The notes under the pieces: model-generated
What the model was told of the DNA's origin: nothing
The model's database searches: none
The model's input: only the letters and a program-made list of their open reading frames with translations
Translations under genes and position numbers: made by a program
Assembly: GCA_000320545.1 (NCBI GenBank)
Contig: ADNK01003381.1
Span: 1-64,000, forward strand
Direction of reading: 5' to 3'
Source: Bigelowiella natans CCMP2755
Lineage: Eukaryota > Protista > Cercozoa
DNA: 64,000 bases
Shown here: piece after piece, positions 23,790-35,727 of the stretch
How positions within the stretch are numbered: the first letter of the stretch is position 1
Layout of the letters: each line of letters begins with the position of its first letter

Positions 23790-26400
23790 TCAATTAATTC
23801 CAGGTTCCTTCTTTACTCTTATGGTAGATTCCTATACAACGATAGAGAACAAATTGTTTGCGTTCAACGTTTAATATTAAATCTAAGCCAATCGGAAACA
23901 CAGAAAACACACTAAACACTGTATCTTTAAGAGCTTTCCACTATATTGAGAAGAAATTTCGGAAAGTTGTTGTGGACGAGTGGATGATTTTGTCGATAAT
24001 AAGCATGTATGAATGAATATTGAACACTAACTAGTGTTTGAAAGAGGCTGTCTGTGAGGGATGGAGCGAGCACAGAAAATCATTTCAGAATATATTCATT
24101 TATTTCGAGTAACTTTATTCATGATTTATAAACGTTAACCTTCTGCCCCTTTCGCCACAGATAATGTGTTTTGAGCTAAAGCTGAAGTGTTCATAGATGA
24201 GGAGCTGCTTGAGGAGCTGCTTGATGATATATTTGGTGGGTAGAGCCTAGCTGGATAGTCTTTACCTCGCCGCGACCCATCTTTATCCAGGAGCTCCGCT
24301 ACGTCTATGCGTCTATTGATTCTCAAAATGATTTTCCCGCATATATATATTATAGATTCACCTTTGGTCTTCTCTGGTTTTTTAATTTGAATTTTGGCGA
24401 GATTATCAATTTTTGAGAAGGAAACTAATAAGCCCGGATCTTCAAACGCTACTGGTTCATTATCATGTGGAATGGTGTCCCTCGTTCTCCTGCTTACTCG
24501 GAACATAGCCGTTGAACGAACACCATTAATGTAGAGATATGTATTCTGATTTTTTACACTTACGAATGAGTCAGGTTTTAAGTTTAATGTCAATGTACTT
24601 TCGTATTTCATGTCACTGGGTCTATTTCTTGGGGCACTCTGATTTGTTCCTATGCTTGGGCGCTGTGAGGCGGAATATGATGAGCTCCGAGAAGAATCTA
24701 GTCGTGAAAATTGGTTCTCATCATTGGTGCTGGAATTTTTTTTCCCACTTTGAGCCTCATTTCTAGCTCCGTTAAGGTGCTCCTTGAAGGGCTGAAGCAG
24801 CTCTGTGGAAACGATACCTGCCTTCTCCGCATCCTATAATATGAATTCGAAAGCAGTGATCACGGACCTCATTGCATCATGAATTAAGAAGTGCTAATGA
24901 ATGGTGGTAAGCTAAATCATGAGCAATATGATGGTGTGAAATCATCAAAACCTCTATTCCGTGACGTAGGGCACACACGGAGTCATTTCTTATCGCGCTC
25001 CTCATATTCAATAGGAGTTCTAATTGCATGGACATCTTCGTCTTGGCCAGAATTGCCCGTGCCACAGCCTGGAGCGTTAATACGCTTTCCAATTCTATTT
25101 GCTGACAATCGCTCTCTGCTTCCTGACCTATTTCCAAGAGTTGACTTTTTGAGTCTTGATGTAGGTCCCACGAAGAATCTTGAAACGTGACTGAGCCACA
25201 ATGAAATGCTTCCCTATGTCTCTTGCTATTAGGTATTTTGTTGCCTTCATCACACCGAAGCTGATTTCGGATTCTGTGGTGCCCATTGCCAGCAATCCTC
25301 GTTTTTCTTCTTTTATTACTCTAGTGAGTCCTTGTGAATCTTCATAGGACCGTTTAGTTGGCGGGAGCAGGAGCGTTGTGTCTTTCTCATTGCTCATTGG
25401 AGAGCTTAGCCATTCACATTGCTCAGATGCATTCGGATAAGTGATCCAGTTATTATCTCCTGGAGTATGCACTTGTTCATCCTGAGATGCTAAGGGCAAA
25501 TCAAGGGGGGAAAGGTCCATTGGTTGTAGGGAAGGTTTTTGAAAAGTGTCCACTGAGCTAAAGGAAGTGACCGTGCCACTTCGTGACAACTCATGCTGAT
25601 TCCAATGTCTCCAAAAACACACACGGCTGCTTCCCCAGAGAGTCAAACACAACATCTTGTCGCACATCCAGAATGTAAGCGTTGAGAAAATGTTTTCAAG
25701 CATCAAAATCCATGACGAAAGCTAGCATTTAAAGCATCTGACAGTTTTTCATTGTCGCACTGGGGCAGGTTCGGCGATTCCAGCATTTCTGCATGAGGTG
25801 AACAAAATGTAATTGAGCACGCTTTGTCAATCGCTGTGCCAACCTCCATGGCAACTGATGCAACTCCAAAATATCTCCAGCAACAAACACGACTGATTTC
25901 CTCAGAAAACCCACACATTACCTTGTCGCGCATCCACAAATGCGACTGTGGAGAAGCATGTTTTAGTGACAACATTGGAATCCAGGACGAAAGGTCAGCA
26001 ACGGACAGTTTTTCGGTTGTCGCACTAGGTGAAACAAGCCAAGTGCAAATAGTGCTGCTTCTACCTCAGAGAGCGGAAGAGGCGTGTCCGAAGAAAAATG
26101 TCTCAAAAATATCGCTTTCATTGTGCATTGCTCTGCTCAACCGCACAGAAAATGAATGTGTTATTTGGCTTGCGACATGAAATATGTTGTGACGTGAGCA
26201 ATGATTGCACAGTCGGAGAGGATGAAAATGGTTCCCGATTTCGATTGGATTTCGTTCTGTGCAAGATGTAAACTTCAATGCACATGTGTTTTGTGCACAG
26301 CCTATGACACCTTGTATTTCGCATCTAATCTTACGATGTATCCTGCTCCTATCTCATGGATTGATCCGTATCTTCTGATACATAATTAATCGATACTTAC
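23790..26400 (-). CDS. Multi-exon gene, possibly decaying, with unknown ~120-aa beta-rich domain (copy 1 at 24235-24611)
   Basis: ORF 24135-24611 aligns with ORF 52706-53371 (NTYLxxNG...VSRR...PGLLVSFS...YICGKIILR...ELL...LYP); terminal exon ESTIRVKKEPGIN* (stop 23790-23792) homologous to 59224-59265. The 5' part is TpA-depleted. Confidence 0.6.
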
Positions 26401-26621
26401 ACCTCCTCTTCCACGTTAGACAAAGAAGGTCCCATCGAGAAAATTTGACTCAAAAAATTACTATCCCCGTAGCAACATTGTGTGCTGAAAAACTCGTATC
26501 AATGGAGGGGGAACTGGTATCGCCATCAGCGTGCAAAACTAAAGAAAGACCATCAACCAGAAAACAAGGTTCTTATAATTTCTTTTCTGTGCAGGCTACA
26601 GATAGTGCTAAAAAACCTACA

Positions 26622-27384
26622 ATGCACCCTAAAACTCTATTCGATGCTGCCCGAAGAGGAGACATGGATGTGATACAACATCTAGTGGAAATTGAAAAGA
26701 CCAACGTTGAGGCCAAGGATCACAGTGGATATGCACCTCTCCACCTTGCGGGAATTGACGGTCGTGTTAACGGTGTGCGCTACCTTGTGGAGAAGGCAAA
26801 CGCTAACGTTGAGGCCAAGGACAACGATGGAACGACACCTCTCCACGGTGCTGCATCTAATGGCCATGTTGATGCGGTGCGATCCCTTGTGGAGAAGGCT
26901 AACGCTAACCTTGAAGCTAAGGGTAACAACGGATACACATCCCTCCACTGGGCTGCTTATAATGGCCATATTGATACGGTGCGGTACCTAGTGGAGAAGG
27001 CCAATGCCAACGTCGAAGCCAAGATTAACGTTGGATGGACATCCCTCCACTGTACTGCTTGTAATGGCCATATTGATATAATGCAGTATCTTGTGGAGAT
27101 GGCCAACGCAAGCGTTGAGGCCAAGGATCACAATGGATATACTCCTCTCCACCGTGCGGCAATTGATGGTCATGTTGACGGTGTGCGTTACCTTGTGGAG
27201 AAGGCAAACGCTAACGTTGAGGCCAAGGATTATGGTGGATATACATCCGTCCATTATTGTAAGGTGTACGATTTTTTCGTGAAGACAGTGAATACCGATG
27301 TCGAGGCCTAAAACGGTCATGGATTGACGCCGCTAAATTCTGCGGGAAGTTATATTGTCGAAAGTTATACAGAGGTCCACAGTA
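26622..27384 (+). pseudogene. Ankyrin-repeat gene (array 1, ~6 repeats) with in-frame premature stop
   Basis: 99-bp units KANANVEAKDxxGxTPLHxAAxNGHxDxVRYLVE. TAA at 27309-27311 replaces the conserved Lys codon and the frame continues NGHGLTPLNSAGSYIVESYTE, matching the capping repeat of arrays 2/3. Confidence 0.7.
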
Positions 27385-29141
27385 ACCTTTTCTACTTTTT
27401 GTGTGAGTTTCAAATTGCGGACTATGATCATTTGATAGGTTATTCGCACTTGTGAGGAAAGGACCGAAGAGGTGGGGAAACAGCCAGTGGCTGAGTATAT
27501 AAGAAAACTAGAGGATTTAAGAGGATTCAAAAAAGACTGATTTAGATTTAAACAGCATATTTTCATGATGATTTTTGCTATCAATAACTAAGGCTCTTGT
27601 AGTTACATTTTCATTGCAAGTAGATAATATATAGAGTCAGAAATGGGGGAAGCAAATATGGAAAGAGTCGATTGAGATAGGGAGGAGAAAGAAAGGGGAA
27701 GATAAATATATTACTTAATAATCTATCATACTTATTTGTCAAAATACTAAATTAACAAAGCTCAGTCTCCAATGGTCAAAACTCCTTATTATTTCTATTG
27801 CATTACAGAAAGGAAATGAGGACTCAGAGTGTTCACATTCATCTTAGAAATCATTGGAAAATCGCCATTGGTCTGGACTACAATGAGCATGTCTGGTTGT
27901 ATCGCATCCTTGCTTAGCCTGGTTGCAACTCCAGAGCTGTTACATTGTAGGTGTTTGCTTTAGTTTTTATCGTAAGTGTTGTTACTAAGGCTCTGGGAAG
28001 CGCTTTTAAGTGCTTCAATAGGAACTATCGAGAGTTCATCGATGCGCATTCAAGCACGCACTGATACAGAACTTATCTTTTGAATGAAAACTCATGTTCA
28101 AAATCACATTCATACTTCTAGACTTTGTGCGACCATGTGAACTTGGCGAACATCATGGCAACATAGCACGTCTGAGGTAATCTAGCAACAACCACAATGA
28201 TCGCCACAATCATTGTGCCTAGCGAGGCATAGAAGCTCTTGGATGGCTAGCATGTGTTTCAAGCACTCTGATCACTTCTAGCAATGCAATGTGCTCATGT
28301 CGGGATTCATTTCAAGATGTACTTGAGGTTTACAAGCAGGCTATGCAGCTAGCTCTAGAGCTGCACAGTGATGGCTAGATAGCACATGTGTGCAAGCGCC
28401 TGGCATGCATATTAGCATAGCTTGCACTTTCTTATGCACGTTTTGCACAGCTGTGTGGCATTCCCTTCATTGCTCATGTGCGTGTAACATGCTCGCATGT
28501 GTCTGATGTGTGAACGTCCAAGCTACACTAGTACAGGTGCTCGCTAAAATGTTGCGCTTTCATCACGTTGCACATCTAACATCATTGCTAGATTGCATGC
28601 GTAGAGCGGTGTTAGGTTCTGAGTACGTCATGAAGTGAGGATGATCCATGTCGCATGATGCATCATTTCGAACGGAATGCCCTTCGTATTCATCGAACAC
28701 ATCTAGACACCTCTAGATCTAGACATCTAGACATTTGATTTCGATTGCCCGAGATCCAAACAAGCAAAGTCAGCATGGTCACAGAAGTGTCTAAGTTCCA
28801 CAGGACAGTGTGAATGAAAATAGCCAATGCGAAGCCTGCATCAAACCTACCTTATCGGCCAAGTCTTTGCATCGTATTAGGATCGAAAAGAGGCTGTTTG
28901 CTCTTCGGTTTGTGTCTCGAATCAGGGCTGACGTTGAGGGGCTCAGGAAGGCAAGGAAAGCGCTTAAGTTTCACATATCTGAACATAAAAATGAGGTGTA
29001 TCACAGTGAGCATAATATGCGCGTACGTACCCTATTTACCCATTTGCAAATAGCAACGATTTCTTGCTAAAACTGTGGTGCTGTGTGTATCATATTGTGT
29101 GCTTGTAGCAAAGCGCACTTACTTATTAGCGTCGCGCTCCG

Positions 29142-30876
29142 TCAGGTGGTACCTTTTAAGGTTATGAAGGTGTGACGCTTGTTCACACACATGTAATAGC
29201 ATCGTGCGTCTATTTTACAGAATGTGTTTTTCCCAAAAATTACTGCGTACATTTCATAGCTGTCGCCTTCTATAGAAGCTAGGTGACCTACCCCCAATGC
29301 ATAAGCGCTTGCCTCACGACGGGAGAAACAGAGTAGTCGTCGAAGGCCTTGTTGGACCTTACGCATCTAGTGGTAACGAATACAAATGAGACTATGGCAG
29401 CAACGATAAGTAAAAGCATCATCGCAGAAGGAGGCGAATGAGGAAAAATCGTATTTCCGTCAAAAAGAAATTATAGATATTGGAACAGAAGCAACAGCGC
29501 AACTAGCGCTGGGCGATAGCCTCCCCCCCCCTTCCCCCGTGAGCGAATACCTCCCTATGAGATTGTTTCGCCATCTTCCCTTCGGTCCAAATACGCCTAA
29601 GCCGCGTGAAATTTGGCGCGCATCGTCGTCAGTGCGGCGTCCCAGATAGAAGCGGCAGTACCACTGGAACCATCCGTAAGGATCTTGCTCTGCAATCCAC
29701 CCAGAGCCCTCCCACATGTCCAGCCCCCCCCCGCATCGAACGCCATATCTGTTGACCGACGGGTCGTACACAGAACTGCAGACCTGAGAAGGATGGTTTG
29801 GTGAAAGTAAGGACGAGGCTACTGTGGCGACGGCGACTGCTGCTGCTGCTGCTGCTACCGTGTGATAGGAATTTGATTCATGTATATAATAGGGTTTGCG
29901 TAAACGAAATGATGCCTTCAGAGGCAATGGAACTGCAGCACGGACGATGTGGCTAGAGGTATAAGAAACAGGAAGAGCGGATACCTGTTTCTTGATATCG
30001 AGTCCTTCAAACCAGTCCTTAGGAAATTCCTTAATTTGACTAGCACCTTTCAGCGTGGTGCCTGTCACAGATGAGCGTATTGTTCGGAAGTAGCTGCCAC
30101 CGAAAGCGCCGGCTTGTAGGACCTGCACGAGGAAAGCATACAATGGCATTGTCTCTTCTTAATGTGGTTGAGTTCTGTGATATTGAGGATGGGGGCCCAA
30201 TCGACAACGAACGTGAATCACAGAATAACAGCGTGTGCAACACCTGCTGTGGGGTGAGGTTTGGCCGGAATTCAGGGTGGTCTTTGAAGACGAGTTCTCC
30301 GTGCTTATTACGCGAGGGAAGGAGCATTCTGGCCAAAAAATACGATGAATCATATTGGATCGAATTAGAACCAAGTCGCATGGCATTTGGGATCGTTTAG
30401 CAGTAACATGAAAACCATGGACATCCAAGTGGGCTATAGCTTCAAGGGAGGAAAACAGTGAAATCTACCCACCCCCCATCTGACAAGCCAGAGCTCGATT
30501 TCTCTTTGGACTTCTTCTTCTTCTTCTTCCTGGAGAGGAGGAGGTGTCAGGTTAGCAACCGATGTCAGGGCTCAATCCTCTCGATTGAGGAGAGAATCAA
30601 AGGCTCTTATTACGACCTGGAAACAGAGTTCTTCCCTCCCTTTTTTGGTTTCTTCTGAGCTTCTTTTGACTTACGCGAGGCCGCCGCCGCTGCTGCCTGC
30701 TTTCTTCGCTCCTGCGCTTCCTCTCTTCTCTGCCTTTCCTCCTCCTCTCTCTGCTGTTGCTCTTCCTCTTTTCGCTTTTTCTCCTTAGCTGCTTTCTCGT
30801 CGTTAGTCTTTATACGCTTAGATCGACGTGCTGACGGCCCGGCCGCTCCTTTGTTTCTTTCTCTCCTCTTCGCCAT
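29142..30876 (-). CDS. Conserved uncharacterised protein (zgc:113208-like family) with charged N-terminus
   Basis: Motifs FKDHPEFRPNLTPQQ|VLQAGAFGGSYFR, WEGSGWIAEQDPYGWFQWYCRFYLGRRTDDDARQI, SPVVRQALMHWG across GT-AG exons. Family name is from memory. Confidence 0.75.
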
Positions 30877-31589
30877 TCTTGCACAGACCTTTCTTCGGCA
30901 AATAAGTAGACCGGCCCCTTGGAATTGCCGTCGGGTTATTTTAGGAAAGTTATATAGGTCTATCGCGGATTATACTGTGCTAATTATTTCTCCTTGTAGT
31001 TCGTCTCATGATGTCCCTCGAACAATTTCGGGAGGGGGTTGAATAGTCAAATCTAGGATAAATTATTGCCCACTACCTGTGGCAATCGAGTGGTCCAGCG
31101 GAGTCGGTGCAACGCGACACGTCGAGTAGGAGAATCCTCCTCGAACGAATAGAGCCGAATCCTGAGAGCGGAGGAGCGAATTCCACGATGAAGACTTCAC
31201 TTTAATGTTGTCGCAGCCAATGAATTGCAAAGTCTTCACTCTGATTCATGTCGCAGTGGGAAAATCCCCGTCTAATTTCGGAATTTACATGGAATCGAAT
31301 GTCGCAGCTGGTCTACCAGCGAACCGGCATTCTGAGAACATTCCTTCCCCATGAGCTCGGAGCCGAGCTGATGCTGAGCTGCATAGCTGACACGAGCACA
31401 CGGGCACAATTCAACAGAGTACGCTGAGCGCGCTTTGGCCATTCGAGTACTGAACTTATTTTCTCGAGATCCTCATCGTTTCAGCGCAGGTGGATGCAAA
31501 AGATCATGTTTGTTGGGGGGAGGGACAAACACGCTCGATTGCGACATGTAGTATAACCCCACCTATCTTCTCAGGTCAAACACCCACAC

Positions 31590-33161
31590 ATGAGCTGGCT
31601 GCCTGTAGTATCCCAATTGAAATCTTTAGTGCAAGTCATTAGCGGAGACGCTGAAGGCGCTCGACGCACGCAGAAGGAGTTCGTTGAAACATGCCCTGTC
31701 GTGTCGCAAGTTACCTCGCTGGTTCATGCTGTCAAAGGAGATAAGAAGAAAGCTAGAGAGACACAGAAGAAATTCGGCGCTACCATGGGCTCTGTAGTTG
31801 ACTCGATTCCAGTAGTTGGTCACGCTAAGGGGGCCATTCACTATGCTTGCGGGGACAAGAAAGGTGGCCACAACGCTATGAATGCTGCGTCTCGAACAAC
31901 AGCGACAGTTGCAGGCGGAGCGGTAGGATTTATGGCTGGAGGTCCTGTAGGAACATATGTTGGTGGGCTTGCAGGTGGCCAGGCTTACGATGGGACCGCT
32001 ACAGCGATCGCAAGTGCCAAAAACAAAAGCTACACGCCAAAAGGTAATTAGCCCAATTTTCTGCCAAAATCGGCCTAATTTTCCGTCAAAACCCTAATCC
32101 TAGCCCCCGACCCTAACCCTGTAGGCTCGTGGTCAACCATCCACCAAGCCATCCATGGAGATGAACGGGGCAAACGGGGCGGGCCAATTTTTGACGCTGC
32201 AATGACGCTGGCCTTGGATGCCGTCTCGGGACGAGCTGGCGGGGAGATTGTCCGGACGATGAAGCTGCCAAAGAGGGGCGCTTCGGAGAAGCTTGACATG
32301 CGGTACAAGGTTAACCGTGCCGAAGCTGGCGTTGAAGCAGGTTTCAAGGTAGACGGGACGCCAGATCTCCGATTCGCGGATGCTTCCAGGAACGGAGCTG
32401 TGAAAGCAAAGCCTGTCCACGTTCCAAAGAAGAGCGCTGTCGTTGCAAAACGTGTTGCGAGGGCCACGACGAAGACGGATGCTAAGCTGCTCGAAGCAGC
32501 AAAGTTGTTAAGAGTTGCAGCGCACGTTCTTGAAGAAATCGCTGCTAAAACTGGACAGGGAAGACCTGCATCTACGATGACGCGCACGCAGATAGTTGCT
32601 GCTAAAGCGTGCAATGCGTCTTACAAAGACGCGAAGGAACGATGCACTTTTGATGACTACGAGTATCAGCGGAACCTTTCGGATGCGCAGATAGCGGTTT
32701 GGAAACACTTGCAGAAGAAAGAAGTGCTGGTGGCGTTCCGAGGATCCACTACTGCTCGTGACTTTCTCGTGGAAGACGTGGCTATCGTCCTTCAGCAAGA
32801 GAGTTGGTGCAGCAGATTTGAAAGCAGCAATTTCATCAAACAGCTGCAAGACAAGTACCCAGGCCATAAACTTATTCTCACTGGACATTCACTCGGGGGG
32901 AGGATCGCAATAAAAACAGCTATGCGATTCCCTACGATTGTGGAAAAGATCGTAACATTCAACGAGGGCACTGCTTCTGAGCGCCTGAAGTTGAAATCCG
33001 AATTGAAACAAAAGTTGGAGGTGTGTCGTGTTCCTGGCGACTTTGTGTCTGCAAACTGGACTGCTGGAAGAGTTCTAGTCGAAGTGATGCGAGCTCCGGG
33101 AGCGAATTGCCACACGATATCGAATTTTCTAACAAATGGAACTGCTACGGCAGATCGGTAG
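31590..33161 (+). CDS. Two-exon protein: N-terminal duplicated helical/glycine-zipper domain fused to a class-3-like lipase
   Basis: Intron ~32044-32123 (GT...AG). N-terminal repeat (PVVSQ.KSLV...GD...AR.TQK.F x2) and GGAVGFMAGGPVG...GGLAGG zipper; C-terminal VAFRGS, GHSLGG (Ser), GDFVS (Asp), HTISNF (His). Confidence 0.85.
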
Positions 33162-34331
33162 CCCAAAAGGATTAACACCGAATTTTTTAACATGCCTGTT
33201 GAAGAAGGCACTGGGACAGAAGTGAGAGAAATGCATGTGAAATGTCAATGAAAACTTAGAATGATTGTACACAAAAGACCTCGTAACTACGGCACCGCCA
33301 GGAAGTTGAAATGCGCATGCATGGTCGCATACAACGCAATGAGCGAGCCTCAACTTAGCTCATTCGCAATCTGTGTGACCACAGATTGGTACTTTGTGCG
33401 CCTTTGTGGCGCTGATAAACCTGAACAATTTTCGCGCCAGATTGTATTGATAGCTTCGATCATGCGCTTCATCGCAGGAAAATACGATCCATTGGTTGCG
33501 TGCTGACAGCGATCGAGTGTCAACACATTTCATAATTTTAATTATCGTGACGCAATGGCAAATAACAACATCAACATCAAAGCATAAAATTACTTTAATA
33601 TGTCGATCGCATGAAAATAGTCGCATCTTAGGCAAATAAATGCGCTATCAGCGTACGTACATTGTATAAAATCAAATGTCTTATGCTACTAGCTCACATG
33701 CTCGTCAGAAAATAAAATGAGCTCTCTAAGAAGAGGCCTTTCTTAATCACAAGTTTTTTCTTATTCATACACTGCGTGCCTGAGTTCAAAAATTAACATG
33801 GCATCAATCAAGTCCGCACATTTCTAATGTAATCTAGCAGTTCTATGCTCCCTTCGTCGTCCCTAATGCCTTCTTAAGATTAAAGAGCTTGCGTCTACCA
33901 TCTCCACAGCATCTGGACCTGTTCGTACGGTGCAAATGTTAATCTTAAAGGGATTTTGGGTTCTTGATTCAATCATGCAACAACTACTTTGGTGACTGTG
34001 TGTTGATCATATATTAGTGCATGACTGTGTGCAGTCGCATTACATATGCAGGGGTCAATAATGCTGTCGATTTGGGAGGCGCGATCAATGAGATCGAAGG
34101 ATATTGCGGTGTCCTTGCTTAGCTTTGAAACTTTATCACAATTCTTCCACTCATCATAGAATTTGGGTGTTTCTCGCGCCTTTTTAGATATAATTGTAAA
34201 AAGTGAGAATACTTAGAAAATCTACGCTCATTACAGCTACCATCAACATCTCTCTATAAATTTTAAGATAAAAATCCCAGTATAAACTAGGATGTAAATT
34301 GTTCCATCGCAACGCAGGCACTGCTCGAGAT

Positions 34332-35198
34332 CTACAATATAGCATAAGTACAACTGTCATTACACCCTACTGCTATGATCACCTCTGAGTTGCGTTTCAT
34401 GAGCTTCCAGAAGCGATGGCTCATCTTTGGACAGGCCACGCTGCTGCTGCTGCTGCTACTGCTGCTGTTTTCAGATGCAACAGCATTTTGGTTACCGTTG
34501 GACGATTTTTGCATGCTCTGACACAGTCCTTCGACTGACCCAGAGAATGGCGGGGACGATATCTCCAGGTCTAGGAAAAACCGCCGTTGTCTCACCATGA
34601 GAGTCACCTCGTCGGCCATACAGGTGCAAGTTAGTGAGCTTTCAGTCGGGTCGGTAGCCCCACAGTTAGGGTCAAACGATTCGGGTGGAATTCGCGAACC
34701 GAGAGCAGTCAGCTCCTCCCTCTCATCCAGATAAAAGCGGACGACGGGGTTTCCGTTCTCTGCGGGATCTGCCTGCACGATGACCACCCCCATCCCGCAC
34801 TTGAAAGCTGCCGACGTCACGAAGGACACAACGCCTTTCGCGTTGCTGACCTTGTCCACACAAGACCCCAGTCGTGTGCCCCCCTCTCCCGAGTCGTCTG
34901 TGAAGCTCGATAGCAGGAACTCTCCGCATGCCGTGTAGTCAAACTTGGGACCTCCAAATGGGGTGATGTGCGGGTCGCCAATCACCTTGCACACCATTGT
35001 TTCCTCGTCTCCGCTTTGGACCTGCTGCTGTTCTGATAGCGACGTCGAGTTGCCCCGCCCGCCCCTCGTTGGAAGCATAGCGGCAGGGGTGCGCTCTATT
35101 GTGGCTAGCTCGATCCCATTGCTCGCTTGTTGCCAAGAGCCTGAAGCGGACGTTGCAAGGCACGCCGCCAAGGCGAGAGACAACACGCTCTTACTCAT
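34332..35198 (-). CDS. Secreted von Willebrand factor type D (VWD) domain protein; further 3' exons possible to ~33800
   Basis: Signal peptide MSKSVLSLALAACLATSASG; CKVIGDPHITPFGGPKFDYTACGEFLL and SVEGLC match VWD start and end motifs; Cys-rich. Confidence 0.8.
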   Translation of the reverse strand: MSKSVLSLALAACLATSASGSWQQASNGIELATIERTPAAMLPTRGGRGNSTSLSEQQQVQSGDEETMVCKVIGDPHITPFGGPKFDYTACGEFLLSSFTDDSGEGGTRLGSCVDKVSNAKGVVSFVTSAAFKCGMGVVIVQADPAENGNPVVRFYLDEREELTALGSRIPPESFDPNCGATDPTESSLTCTCMADEVTLMVRQRRFFLDLEISSPPFSGSVEGLCQSMQKSSNGNQNAVASENSSSSSSSSSVACPKMSHRFWKLMKRNSEVIIAVGCNDSCTYAIL

Positions 35199-35630
35199 AC
35201 TTCCTGCGCAAACATAGGTCACAAGATTTCAGATCACTTTCCCCATTAAATACCCAACTGATCGCCTATTTGAAGCAGGCACGAACTATGTAATGTCGGT
35301 TATGTGCATGGGTGGACGTGGATGGGTGGGGGGACAGGACCTGAGTTCTGTTTCAATACCGAAACTCGGGAGTTTGATAATGGGGAGGCGTTTCTTCCGA
35401 TACGACATGCAAACGGCCAATCCTTACCAGAAGAATCGCCTGCATTTCCTCCGATTTTATCGATGGCGTAGTATTAGCAAAAGATACTTGCAAATACCGA
35501 AGCCGATCCTTAAAACTTCCTTAATTTCTCTCGCTGATCCTGCGACAATCGAATCTCAATGTCGTAGTGGAAGAATCTAGGTTGTTTTTGGTCCCAAATA
35601 TCTCCGCTTCAGAAGTTGACGGGACGACGT

Positions 35631-35727
35631 TTCACAAAGGTCAAGGACCCCAAACGAGGTTCGCATGTGACAATGTTCATTGTTCACAAAGGTCAAGGAC
35701 CCCAAACGAGGTTCGCATGTGACAATG
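35631..35727 (+). repeat. Perfect 45-bp direct repeat, period 52 bp
   Basis: TTCACAAAGGTCAAGGACCCCAAACGAGGTTCGCATGTGACAATG at 35631 and 35683. Confidence 0.9.
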
